The notes beneath the pieces were generated by a model that was not told the origin of the DNA, did no database searches, and saw only the letters and a program-made list of their open reading frames with translations. 64,000 bases of DNA from Balanoglossus misakiensis (taxonomy: Eukaryota; Animalia; Hemichordata), in assembly GCA_040954595.2 (NCBI GenBank), contig CM082586.2:3516349-3580348 (forward strand), read 5' to 3'. The position numbers and the translations under genes are program-made. Of this stretch, positions 30,001 through 43,700 are shown in pieces; the stretch's first letter is position 1, and each line of letters opens with the position of its first letter.

Positions 30001-32260
30001 AGGCTCTTACCATTAGGGCCTGGTACGAGCGGATGGAGAGACCTTGTTGCCAGGGAGACCAGGGAGGAATCGAGTCAGCAAAACCACACAGCTAATATAA
30101 GCCTAATAAACAGCATTTACTCAGCATGACAGACTATTATTAGTAAACAGAACCGATAAATCGGCTTGATTTTATTTTTCCCTTTCCTTCGATGGAAGTT
30201 TAACCAAGTTCCAGGCCGTGGTACAACCGAGGTCCCTTATGAACAAACAACTCACGTATTCCCTACAATGCCAAGCCCTCCTCCATCTCATCCATTTGCA
30301 CCCCAAAATCATCTTTTTATTGAACCCGAGCACGATTCCATGCGCAGTAAACACCGGTATTATGCCGGTTTTAAGGTTAAACGGTGTCACACCAAACGCC
30401 TTGGCGACATCTGCTTACACTGCGCCCATCCAACTCTCCAGGGTCTTTGCCTAGATTAACCTTGTAAAAATGACACTAGCAATTGTGATGTGTTTTTTTT
30501 TCTGGGCCCGGGTCTAAAGCGATCCGGTGCAGCGAGAAATGATTTGTCCGATTTTCATCGCGCAAATGTTATGTATTTGTGCCGGCTCGACTCGTGCATG
30601 CGTAGGGCAGGTCCTCGACTCCACTGTTATGATGTTTACGTGCATGTCCTTCGGTTGACCCCACCGAGGCATTCAATATGGATTACTGAGAACTGTTATC
30701 GTAATATTTCTATTGGTGCCCGGCATCAACCCTATGAAATACCGCACACAATAACAAGTGATTCAACAGTGCAATTCTAAGCGGAGCGCCCTGACCCGGG
30801 GCATGTCCTCGGGGCCAACACGGCCTGCCAGGGTAACTCGCATGGAATAACTACCGCATTTATGCCCAAAGCTGGAAAACTGGCGCCGCGCAGCTGGATA
30901 TTCCTTCAACCCAAGTTTAAAGGGGAGGGTCGTCTGGACTGCGCGTGTGCGACTTTTCTGTTTATAAGCACATCCCGCATACAAGTTATATCAAAGTAAA
31001 TGGGAAATGTACTACAAAGTAACAACTATATTGTTGCAATGATGTACATTTTAATTAGCAGGTACACTGTGCGCCTACTTTGACTTGCTACCAACATATG
31101 GGACCCCGCATACCCGCAGACCTGCGCAAAAGGAACGACCCCCGCCCTTTAAACCTCAGTTCGTCCAACGTTCACTTTAACCACAGGCTATTTCCCCCCA
31201 ATCTATTAAAAAGGATGGCCGCATTGTAAAATAAAATACGCAAAACCATCTACGCATGGATGCGCTATACATTCAAAGTTGCCACATATCCAATCTTTTC
31301 AATAAACAAACAAAACTTTCACCATAAAAAAATCAGAATGCTTTCAGGAATTAAATCTTTTATGGTTGTTCTAGGTTATTAATCAGCTATCGACTTCAGC
31401 TACGTGATGTTGTACACACAAACCTATGATGGAAAAAAGCAATTGATATTTCGACTTTCCCCATTTCCTGACATTAATGTCTGAATGCACCCGTCGCCAT
31501 GTGCGGTTTTGCGACAGTCTGAAGATTTCGCGATATTCTAAGTTGTTTTTGCGATATTACTCATAGAAGGGAAACTTTTTTGGTGTTCGATTCAATTTCG
31601 CCAGCGCGCGCTGTACGCGTAATACCAGTAGTTACTTCCGAGAGGACATTGAAATATGGACGCGCGCGCGCAGAGCATGTCTGTTTCCATAGGAAAGTGC
31701 GGGCAACATCTTCCGGCGTTTGTTATGCCAAACACGTAGAAAGCGCTCGCTTTGTAAACAAGGTCGTTAATAATCCGAATCTATAATTATAGAATTTCCC
31801 CGTACTCAAAATATGAACGTCCTGGTCATTTATAGAAAATATCTGAAACACACCTGGTTTGTCACGTTTTCACGCGTATTGACCAAGATACAAGTATAAT
31901 TTAACGTTCGATATACATGGATATTCATTGGTACTACTTTATTTCGAACTATCAAAATACTTGTCCATATAGATGATATACACGTGATGGAGCCTTCAAG
32001 TATTTGTTCATTTAAAGTCATTAGCATCTCTTACTCAAACTGAATTATATTCAATATTTTCCTCGGACGTAGTATAAGTGAAGGTTTATAGCGACTATCT
32101 TCGGAAGTCTGGCTATTTAGGCCTAAGCCTACGCGACTTTCCTGTACAAACAATCCGTTTTATCTCGAAATGTTCTACTACGTGTGGCGACTGAAAATTG
32201 GGGCAAAATTTGAGTTAGTTCCGAGAACGCCTGGATTTGTGATAACCATGAGTCATTTTC

Positions 32261-32264
<4 letters not shown>

Positions 32265-32303
<39 letters not shown>

Positions 32304-32318
32304 GGAGAGAGAGGGGGG
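32265..32318. repeat. (GA)n plus poly-G polypurine tract just upstream of the CULT-domain gene
   Basis: Read directly from the sequence; ~120 bp before the ATG at 32439. Confidence 0.9.
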
Positions 32319-32438
32319 ATTGTTCGCAACACCTGGCCGTATGTATAGTAGGCCTAAACAAACTTGTATAAAAGTTGTAGTTTCTGAAAAAGGGAGCCCT
32401 CTGGTGTTGGTCAGTAGATACCAAAATATAAGAACAAA

Positions 32439-33768
32439 ATGGCAGCTTTCAGCAGGGGAACGATGACGTCTGCTACAACTACATATAAATGTGCAAATGT
32501 GATCATTCTGCTCGCTATTGCCGTGCTGATATTTTCAGAGAAGACTGTAGAAGCACATGATGATGAGTGGGATGGTAAATTATTTAGTTATTTTTTTCCG
32601 TAAAGAAATCAGTTAATTAGAAGCGAAATTAAATATGCATCTTAAAGTTTGATGACCTAGAAATGCAGATCTGTACATTGTTTACTTCCGGGTTTGTGCT
32701 AGGAATCCTATTTTTGTGCATTCACGACGGATTCATTTCTTGTTGTGAGTTCAGTGGAAGGGCATGTAATATCCACGTTTTGTAGCCTTGTTGTACCGCC
32801 TTTGTGAACTGAAACGCAACGTAAACAAACCCGAATCCGTTTCTGAAAATTGCTAGTGGTGGATGCTATATATAGGATTCGCACTGAATATACTATCTAT
32901 AGTGTCAATCAATTTTAAGAAAGTCATATTATAAAGAAACTTCTATGGTGCTGTTCAGCTAGAATCAGCAAAGAATTTAAAGGCACAAGTGATCCACAAC
33001 TGACATGGGTGCTGTCTGTTAAAGACGATATCAGAGAATTAAAACCACGACAACGACAACAACAAACATAGGTTTACAGCATGCAGCAGATGGGACACTG
33101 ACGTTATCTTCTAAAACCAGATGGCATTACCGCCCTGACTAGGCAAAAAAAAAATCCAGTCACAGCCTTGGTGATCAGACCAGCTCAATGACCAAATCAA
33201 TGACACTCAGATACTCATATTTTGACAGTCAAGATCATTTCGCTTTTGAACATCTGCACTCACAATGCTGTTGTATTCAGACAATAAAAAAGTAAATTGT
33301 AATCACTGTCACTCCACAATGCATGTTTTACTACAGCAGTCTTTCCTTGCGATTTCGACTGAGGAGCACCCAAGGCAGGTTGGATGTCAAGGTTGCCACC
33401 AATTGACTGTTTTAATGTGTCTACACTTGATCTGATTGATGGCTCTTGAGGGCACTAGCAAGGATAAGGGTGCCTTAACAGTCATTATAATGGCTTTTCT
33501 GCATTTCTTGCATTGCATTCAAGCAGCACTTCTTTTGCCCTGCAACGAAAGCCTGGCTTAATATATGATAAAGAAAGTAATTTAAGCCATTTTGTAGCTG
33601 TCTGCTGCTGCTAGCTATTTAACTGGAAAGTGGTGTCATGTATAGCGCTGGGAGTTCAATACATTAGTTGGTTTCACCGTCTGTCAGTTAGTTAGTTAAG
33701 TTAGTAAGCTAGTTAGTCCAGTCAGTCAGTCGAGTCAGTCAGTTGAGTCAGTCAGTCAATCTGTCTCT

Positions 33769-33822
<54 letters not shown>

Positions 33823-34703
33823 ATGTATGTATGTATGTATGTATGTACATGTATCACGTATGTGTGTGTGTGTAAGCATATTTTGGTGAAGTTGACAGTT
33901 GAAGGATCCCTCATTAAAGTTGGTATCTCACAATTTTAAAACGGTTTGCGGCGGTTTTGCAATCTCTTTGCGGGGACTGATTGTCATGAAATGGTGTTGT
34001 CCAACTCCACTGTGAATCCCCTACAGCATTGACAGGTGGAGAGTGGCTTAAATTATTCTTGGTGAGCATCTAAAGCCATTATATATCAGTCCACAATTTT
34101 CATACAGAGGTCCACACAGTGTCAGTGTTTCATCCAGGAATGGCATCAACAAGGGGGATTGTCCCTCTCTGCCAGAATATTTGGGGGAGGGGGAATTCCA
34201 TTCTGGCAAGGGTTAATGCAACAATTTTACAGGAAATTATTCTCACACATATAAATTCAGTACACACACAGATATACTATTTCAAGCATCAGGATTTGCA
34301 AGTGTAACAGCTGTCATTTTGTTCTGAATGTCAGTGTGACTGAGATCATTTCATGTGATGCTGGTCGTCCCTAATGACAGATTGCTTGTCGGTGCCAACA
34401 TGTCAACAGAGGGTGAATCACACAATTGCCCTGTCTGAATGAAACACTGTAAATTCCAGATGAAACATGAGGTTGTGAATGTACAGTAAAACCTATCTAA
34501 ACCGAACACCAAAAGGGACTGAAGAACTTCAGTTTATAGAGGTGTCCGGTTTATAGAGGTTCTTTTAACATATGCTTCTATGTCAAAGGAACAGGAATAG
34601 ATGTTCGGTATAGACATGATTCCAGATTAGACAAGGTTCGGTTTAGACATGCAGGTTTTACAGTAGCAAGCAAGAGAAAAAATGCTTACTCAGCATTACC
34701 ACT

Positions 34704-34778
<75 letters not shown>

Positions 34779-37700
34779 GGATTGGACAATATCAAAAGTG
34801 TTTTTCTCAAAATTAATATTAAGCATAGGTAGAAGAAAAGTTAATTTGACCATTGAGTTTGACTTCTCTGATCGAGCTCTCTGTACAAAACTAGACGAAA
34901 ATGACAATAGTAGAAGTGGTCATTAAAGCACTTCTCGGTGTAATCCTATTGGAGGAGACAAAGTGAACACTCTCCGAGTGTGCAAACTTCCTCAAGTTTA
35001 TCAAAGTGTGATGTTGCGAAAATTGAAGTGTAGGGTTTATTGAGTGCCTCAAAAGTGAAGTTTGTTTTTGTCACTCGGGTGCTAATGAGGGTCATGGTCG
35101 CGTGGCGCAGCCTTGACTGTGATTTGGAATGTGAGTGTGGTTGCCATCAGCTTGGATAGAGTTTTGATGATTTTGGGGGTGTGATTCAATTTGGTCAACT
35201 GTAATGAATATGCTGTTTTCAAGTTTAGTTGGGGTAATGACTAAGCCAAGTTGATTTATTTTAGAAAGAGTTGGAGACAAGTTAATGTTAAAAGACAGTG
35301 ACTTGAGCCATTCCTTACAACCATAAATAGAGATCCAACTGATGTAGAACATTAGACTAAACTAATTTGGTGAAAAAAGTTATTTTTCTCCATCTTCATG
35401 GCACACCACTTTGTAAAGATCTTAGTAATTTCACGGTGTTCACTTGCAAGAAACACTATTGAGACAAGCACAACTCAACCACTGAGGCATTGCACAAAAT
35501 TGGAAAATTCCTCATTTTTGTACATTTTGGAAGAAGCTTTTGCCTTAAGGTGTGGCATCTTTGTGTTTTTTAAGATGACCTATTGTTATGTTTATTCTCA
35601 ACCTGACAGATGAGGAATTTTTTGTGGACCCTGAAACACTTTTATTATTTGTTGAGGCAGGTAAACAAGGTTGATCAGATCATAAAGATGCTACGACAAA
35701 ACTGACCTTTGGTTTGCATGGTTGGTTAGAACTACCTAAGAAACGGAAAGCATTATCATCTCATATCTTCTGGTGCCCGAAGGTCTTTGACACCTTCTGT
35801 ATTGAAAATCACACGCACAGCTGACTTCATGCGAATCTGAGACTATCATTTTGGCCGTAATTGACTCAGAACTGATCCGTTTTCATCAGTAGAGACATCA
35901 GCAATCTTAACCACAAACCATACTATACCAAATTATTGCCAAATGTTCAACCAATCACATCTATTTTTCATAAAAATGTTGCCATGAAACACAGCACATC
36001 TTGTGTTCATTTATATCTACCATATCCATAATGGTTTTTTCATTTCTAAAATAACATTGTTCATGAACTTGAACTGTCATGTCTTGCTGTCATTCTTTAT
36101 TACTCTATTATTAATTTTTACTTTTTAATACTACAAATAATAATAATGATAATTTATTTAGTCCTTCTAATTTCTAAATTAATAAATTCCATTGGTTAAT
36201 AGCAATAAAGTAATTTTAATAACGATATATTAAAGAACAAAGAACAAATAATACAAGGTATTATAAAAGAACATATGTGTCTACAAGAAGGTCAGAGAAC
36301 TCCTGGTCAATGACCTTGGCCGTCATAAATGGAATTTCTCAGATGCCAGACTTGATTGTAAAAAAAATGAAATAATTATGTTTTGCAAATCCCAAAGTGT
36401 CCCCCCGCTTATCTTGAATGCGTGTCATTTTTTTTTATTTCTTGTCTCCTCAGAATATTTGCTGTGTCGGCAGTGTGGCCATGAAGTGACTCGCGCCACG
36501 GATCTGAAGAGGGTGGCCAGCGCCCAGGCATTGAGGCAACGCAACGACACCATTCTTGGAATACCGGAGATTCTGATTCAGTTATTTCAAAATCCAACAG
36601 GTGGGTCTAAACGGGGACAGTCTCGTTTGACAGTGTCGTGGTTTTGTGATCTTCCATGTATACCAAGAGGAGGGAGCTTATATGGAATCACTTGATGTCA
36701 GTTGTGTTTTTCGGTCATTTATTTTTATGCACAAGCTGCTCTTCTTCTTCAAAACTACTAGCCTGATTGCTTTGGTTATGATTTGTGTATGGAACTGTGT
36801 TCTGGCAGTTGTATTCCGAGGTGCATGCTTATACGACATTTAAATTTGTCCAGATATGTAGAAATGGACTAGCAGGGAGGAGTGTATCTCTTGAAACTAA
36901 AAACACAAAGATGGAGGCAGTGAGCATTTAATGTATGATGGAGGAGAATAAAAGCACATTGACTGGGTTCGTTGGTTGTTGTTTGGTATGGGCAACCATT
37001 CGTTTGAAGTCACTGACCTCCCAATAAACCTCCCTGTCAACAGGCAAAAAACAGTTCCCTAAATGTCCCTTAGATGAATGGTGCGTGATTTCTTGGCAAG
37101 GAGAAAACCCACTACGATAATTACCATAATTCTGCTTTTTAATCATCGTAAAAAAAGTTTCAACTGGAGGCAGTTTCTCTCTTGAGAGACCTTGAGTGAT
37201 TAAACCTTGCCAAAAACACAGACTTCACCCTGAACTTGTGGTATAAATCACGAAGGCACCACGAGAGTCATCCAATGGCTGGAGATCTACATGTAATATA
37301 ATCAGAGAACTAAATATCGTGTTGGAGCCCGGGCTAAAAGACTAGGCAATATCCGACGACGAAAGAGTGGAGTTTTAATTCAATTTCCTGCAGGAACAAA
37401 GAGGGGGAACGAGAACAAGTGGCAATTACAACAGACTCGGAACGTCTTTACGTTTAATGAAATACACCTAAGCTACTTCTGAGCTCTTTCAATGAATTCC
37501 AAATAAATTGTTTATGATATCATTCTGATAAACTAAATCCCGGTTCTTTGTCTTTCTCCGTAAATGTTTTCCTTTGTGCGGAATTGATGCAAGGGGTTTT
37601 TCGCTTTGTTGGGGAGGCTACGCGCGGCAATGACATTGCAAGGTTGCCAGACAAAAGAGAAATTGATGACTGATATTTTCACTCTCTCACTGTTATTGAT

Positions 37701-40700
37701 TTTCGCTGGAAGGGAGAGTGCCGTGGGGTCTTGTGGAAATCAATTTTTTGTGAAGGTTCATTTTTCCCCATCTATCATAGGGACTAGTATACCTCAAGGA
37801 ATATTCGTCTCAGGTCATACACACCACGAAGAACAAGAAGACTTGCAAGGGGGAGTTAATGGAACAATATCTGAACTTTTGAGAGTTTTTATTCCATGTA
37901 CCAAGAAAAGTTTCTTGTTCGCCTCCCTACAGCATTCTCAAATAATCAAGTATCCTGTGCATCAATATAACCCATGTATGTGTAAACAACTATTGTTGTT
38001 GTTGTTGACAACCGAATTCAAGCCAATGCGGTGTTCAACAGCAACAAGGTCGAATGCACTCATACTTGCCATTTCATTATGCTTGAGGGAGATGAGCAAG
38101 AAATTGCAGCTGATGTAGAAAAAAATATAATACTGAACTAATTATTCAGAATTTACTTCTATTGCAGCTTTAATGCTTCAGGCAGATGCAGCTATGGTTG
38201 GTAGCTTCCTGGGGTCTGCATTCTACATCAAGGCCGTTCACATTTTATCCTAATTACTGTGCTGGAATCTCGTCTAATATTTCAATCTCGGTCATGTTTT
38301 TTTCCTGAGAATTCATCTCGATATGTACGTTGTATCAGGTTCTATTACCATTGAAATGTCTCTCACAATAACATCGGAGCTCAGTTCATGGAATACTTGC
38401 ATTATGCATGTACGTAAAGGCTGGGGAATAGAAAGAGAAATGAAAAGTCTTTTGTGTCGATAGCAGACCTCGTGAGAAGTAGAATATTATTCCTTCATTT
38501 CGGTATTACTTTCAGAGATTGCGTTGTAAGCAGTCCCTCTGTGTGTGGTGCCGAAATGAAAGAAGCACGTGCAGATCGATGTCGTTCACCTTCCGAGCGG
38601 CGCGTGGCATTGACCTCTGTAAATGTCGATGACCCCCAGCGTTAAGAGCGTATACGCGCACCTGATTCAGATGCGACTGCATGTATGCGCATTTTCATTC
38701 ACAGGGAACAATAACGGTCCATTACATCGGGCACAATGCCGCCTTGCGTGACGGGGTTTGTGTGAATACCTCTGCCTGTACTTGGCATTGAGAGAACGGA
38801 CTACGAGGGGGAATTAATTTGCTTCGTGAAATTGATACATGGAATTTTCTTCCTGGATGACTTTTAATTTTTTTTTAATCAACAGCGTGTGGCAAGCTCG
38901 ACAATACAAAGTCAATGTTTGCTTTGAAAGTTGCAAGGTCTCCCGGTACACTTATATACCAGCTGTATTATTCCAATTAAGAGCTGATTTGAATAAAAAT
39001 AGTTGAGGTCTTGGGATTTTGTTGTAATATCGCAGATACAGCAAATCTAGCAGGGTTATTTGCTTTTTTTGTCAAGCATGCACAAAGTTGGCAGATTTTT
39101 TTCTGGGATTATTCCCTAAAAGATAAGTTTAAGAAGATTACTTGGTTAATAGTATTCCCTTGGTGTTCAGGTCGTAATGTTTTTTTTCTTTGTCACAGCA
39201 GAACAAATAAAACATGTGACAATTATCATGGTTATTCCTGTTTTGAAATTACAGGCAATCACAAGAATCCCACCACCAGCTTATTAGTCTCTCTATAATC
39301 TTGTTTCAAATAGCAGCTATTTTAATGAATGTTTCTCATAGCACTGAAAAGATATGACAATTTTCCTGACTGTCATCGTAAATTAGTCTAAAAAATGGGG
39401 GGAAAGACAAACTTTGGCACAACGAGCGGGAAAGTTAAGGTTGTTGCTCCGAATTTTTAGTAGTTCATTGGCTTTTAACCCAAGCCTGCGGGATTTTCTC
39501 TCTTTTGGGAAATCATCACGTTCTCCATGAAATATTGCAGAAATTTGCATATACATGAAGATAAAAGTATTTATTTGCAGCCATTGATTTTACCCTCCAG
39601 TCATGACATCTTTTAAAAATTTAATTCCGGCGACTATTCATTGATTTATAACATGGAGGATAATCATCTCATTAGGTGCTATCGTTGTGGTCCAGAAGTT
39701 TTTCCCACAAATATTCCTTGGCTGGAATTTGCTGCTTTTCGGTAAAATTTTGACTAAACTTGAGATTTGCAGGGGGTGTCAGCCTGGGATTAAGCAAACG
39801 TACATCACTAATCGAAATGAGTGAATGCACATAGGTGTACATATATCTGTGAAATAGAAGAACATGTTTTGCTGTTCCTGAAAGCATTAGAGCATGCAAC
39901 AAGCTGCGCAAATTGATAAATTACGAGATATGTCCTGCGCCATTTATAAATCACTCCATAAAGTACATATCCTGTTGTCAAGTCGCGGAAATTATGGATA
40001 ATGATGTATGGCATGATAGTGCAAAGCACAAAAGCTAAACCCTGTGTTTTTTTTATGAAAGTGCTCGGTATCAAAAACATTTATCTGTTTCGGCACCACT
40101 GATCTGCTGTTAAAGCCTGATTACAAGGCGTGTGAACGCCAGGTTTTTCTGTCAGGACAGGGACAAACCCTTAAGAATTAATCGATAAGGAATCGCGGCT
40201 TTTACAAGATAGATCATAGCTATCGGCAAAGAGTCGTGCATTCCCCGAGGAATTTCTGATACAGCATTAATTGTTATGGTAATGACTTTCTGTTGTTTCT
40301 CCCAAATTAACGAGGCTCTTTAATTAATTGCTGTGTTGAGAATTAATACACCGCAGTCTCTCGAGTAAGTCTTCTACACCAAGTTTCGGCCTGCCCTGTC
40401 TTTGTTTGATTGTTTCTAAGACAGTTTTTGTCAGTGATGTACATGGAGCTTATAACTCCATGTACGTCAGTGATAATGCATCATGGCCCATTGGTTGGAG
40501 CGATTGCGGCTTTGTGATTAAAGGATCGCAGGTTCAATCCTTGCCGTGGCTGTGTCCTTGTAAGGCACTTTACTTCTCGTACTCCCCCTCCCCACCCATT
40601 CAGAAGTCACGGGTCTAGCTTTGTATAGAATCTGCACCTGTTCCAGTCAACCGGTCCTCTGTAAAAACGCTGAACCAGAATTTAAAGAAAGACTGCACAA

Positions 40701-43700
40701 TATATGACTGAAAAATCACAGTACAGTTTCAAAACCTATTCGCTAAAAGTGGCCAGAAAAATGTTACATAAAAAGTAGGAGGATATACCAGCCCATATAT
40801 ACAATGCTGCTTTTAATAGCATCAGTGTTCCAAACAAAGAAACAACATGTTTTTGAATGTCTTTGTTGTATAATTTCAATGAGAAAACTCTTCAGGCAAA
40901 TTGCATCAAGATTTGCATGCACACGGGTCGTTTGTTGGAACAATGTCAAGGGCAGATCACATTAAACTATAAACGCTACAACTATTATGGACAATTTATA
41001 TTCAAATTATGGTTTATGGCGATTATTTTCATAACGCATGAAAATTGTATAAACTTGATTTTGGAGATCCTGATTTGCATTGTACATGAGAAAAGGTGAT
41101 TTGGTCAAGTACATCGTCAGAAGTTGTAGTAGCGTGTGTCATTTTCCAACTGTGATCGATGTGTGAATGCAGATTTTATGGCAAAGGTACAATTGGATCT
41201 GATATCAAAGTGGATAAAGACCCTTTATACTTCCTAAGAACTGTTTAAACTTGATTTTGAAGGTCTTATTTTACAATTGTACATTAGAAAAGGTGATTTG
41301 GTCAAGTACATCAATATCAGAAGTTGTAGCTGCATGTGTCATTTTCCAGCTGTGATCGATGTGTGAATGCAGATTTTACGACGAAGTTAAACTTGGATCA
41401 GTGGATATGTCTTTCTATACTTCCTAAGAACTATATAAACTTGATTTTGAAGGTCCCTTTTTTGCAGTGTATACAACAAAAGGTGATTTGGTCAAGTACA
41501 TCATCAGAAGTTAAAGTAGCTATGTCGTTTTCCAGCTGTGATCTATGTGTAAATGCAGATTTTACGACAAAGTTAAAATTGGATCTGATATCAAAGCGTA
41601 CAAGTCCCCCTCGCAATTTTCATACATTTCCACAACACTTTGAAATTGGGAGATTACTGTACAGGGAGATTGGATGTAGATTAGTAATACTACCTGGTAT
41701 ATTTCTAAATTCCCTCCAAACATCTAAATAATTGAACTTGTCTCAGCATTAGCCAAATCACTGAGGTATTTACTCTTGATTCTACACATATTGTACAACA
41801 AAACAAGGTTTTATTCATTGATGAAGTATTTGGGGGAATAAATATCAGATGACTTTGCATCTGTATGATTATCATGAATTTTTAAAAACATCCCTCATGA
41901 TCTCTCCAGCACTGTCATTGAAGAACGAGGGGTCGTATTAAACACAAAGCAGAATATTTGATTTTGTTCGTGTTGATCTCTGGTTTCCCTTCTGGGTGGA
42001 AGTGAAACTGAAGTCTCAGTGTTTCTTTACATTTTGACGTAAATAATCCCCGACCAGACGTCGGCTTTTTGTGTTTGGTTTGCTCCGAGTACAGGGCCAA
42101 TGACCCCATTTGCAGTCACCAGAGATTAAATTTACATTTGTGTAGAAATAAAATAAACCATATGGATGGTTTGTTGATACCTATCGCCTGGTAACCTCGC
42201 TCTATCTCTCTTTTCTCTCTCTCTCCCCCCCCCCCCCCCTTCCCTTGTCACAGTCACCCACTCTCTCTCTCTCTCTCTCTCTGCGAAAGTTCTGGGATTT
42301 TTGAAAAATTAAATTCATTAAAAAGTATTAACAGATCACAAAAGTTGAATGCATTGCCCTCATTGAGGTCATCGACACTACACATGGATAAAACAGTGAC
42401 AGTTTGTTTTCTTTTAGCAGGGGCTGGGTTACGTTTATTTGTGTTTTACACTTTGCAAGTTGTGCTCATGCTTTTTCAGGGGATGGGCCTTGAACACAAA
42501 CTACCTCACACTTCAGGTAGGAACATTTCATGCATCGATCGCCACCCTGAGGTCATCGACAGGTTCTGAGTTTTGAGTCATTTTTTCAAAAGCTGTAAAT
42601 TAATTTTTTTTAAACAAGGTAGCACGCGGAGGTTTTGTCAGTTCTAATACAGCTGTTTGTCACAGGGTGAACGACGTCCATGGTCACACCAACCCGCACA
42701 GTCAATGCCAATCTGCAACTATTTGACAGGTCTCAATTGCATTGTGTTACAAAGTAATGGCCGTGCTCCAAACAAGCGCCTATAGTTTCATCTCTTGGGG
42801 GCAAGTGTTTTTTTTTCCTGAGCGCCATGCAGGAATAACCGCCTTTCCGTGATTTAATTAAGTTTTTAACTTTTCCACGGGGAAGAGGTTACCTGCTATA
42901 TACCTGGCAGGGACATTATTAGCATCGCTTGTATACAGAATTGGGGTGCACTCACAGAGAAATCTCCGATAGGTCAATGGTCTAGAAGATTGATTTTTAT
43001 TCCGCTGTAAACGTCTGCTTTATTTTACATCTCACAAATTATCCTTGCTCTTTTCACCGAGCGTTACAAATCAGTCCCCCTGTGTTTGAATTGAACCTCG
43101 GAACGCGCAGACAACAAGTGAACCGCTGTTGAATTTTTTCTGCGGAAAAACCGGGTTAATAGAAGTTCAGGGTTGGAACTGTGTTGTGACAGTTTTTGTG
43201 CGTGCGCTGGAATCAATTTGGGTTTCTTGTCGTACGAAGAAAGAGTTTGGAAAATTAAAGGTTGAGAGTTAACATTGGAGTATTGAAAAAAAAATGTCAA
43301 TCAGAAGTTGACTCATTAGAGATCTCCATTAGCTCATGGACACACTGCTGTGATTGGCTGCAACTTTTGGCAATTGTATTTTAGATGTACTGAAGTTTCT
43401 TGTTCATGTGTTTATCTTTCTACTTTCGTTTTATGGTGTGTATCATAAATTATTTCATTGGTGTCTTTGGATGTCAGAAATGTCGACAAGATAATTAAGA
43501 GTTAATAGCTTTTAAAAACCAACGATTTAGCATGTTATGATAGAGCAGTACAGTATTAATTACTTCTGGTGACTAAAAACTAACCAAAATGATCTGGTGG
43601 CCTTGTCATTTAAATCTGGTTACCAGGGCGGTGACTTCCTGAACTGAACAGATGGAAACACGGTCCCTTTCTAATGTTTTAAAAACTTTATTGCCGACCC

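Noticed and set aside
37606-38118. 170-aa ORF inside CULT intron 3
   Set aside because: Non-ATG start, random-looking composition, and no splice sites that fit the model or recognisable motif.
40484-40545. Possible tRNA gene (A and B boxes)
   Set aside because: No acceptor or anticodon stem pairing, and a SINE-like body follows; called as a SINE remnant.
41051-41597. Regularly recurring ~25-nt motif that superficially resembles a CRISPR array
   Set aside because: The sequence between motifs is also repeated, so it is a ~190-bp tandem repeat; the context is eukaryotic and there are no cas genes.
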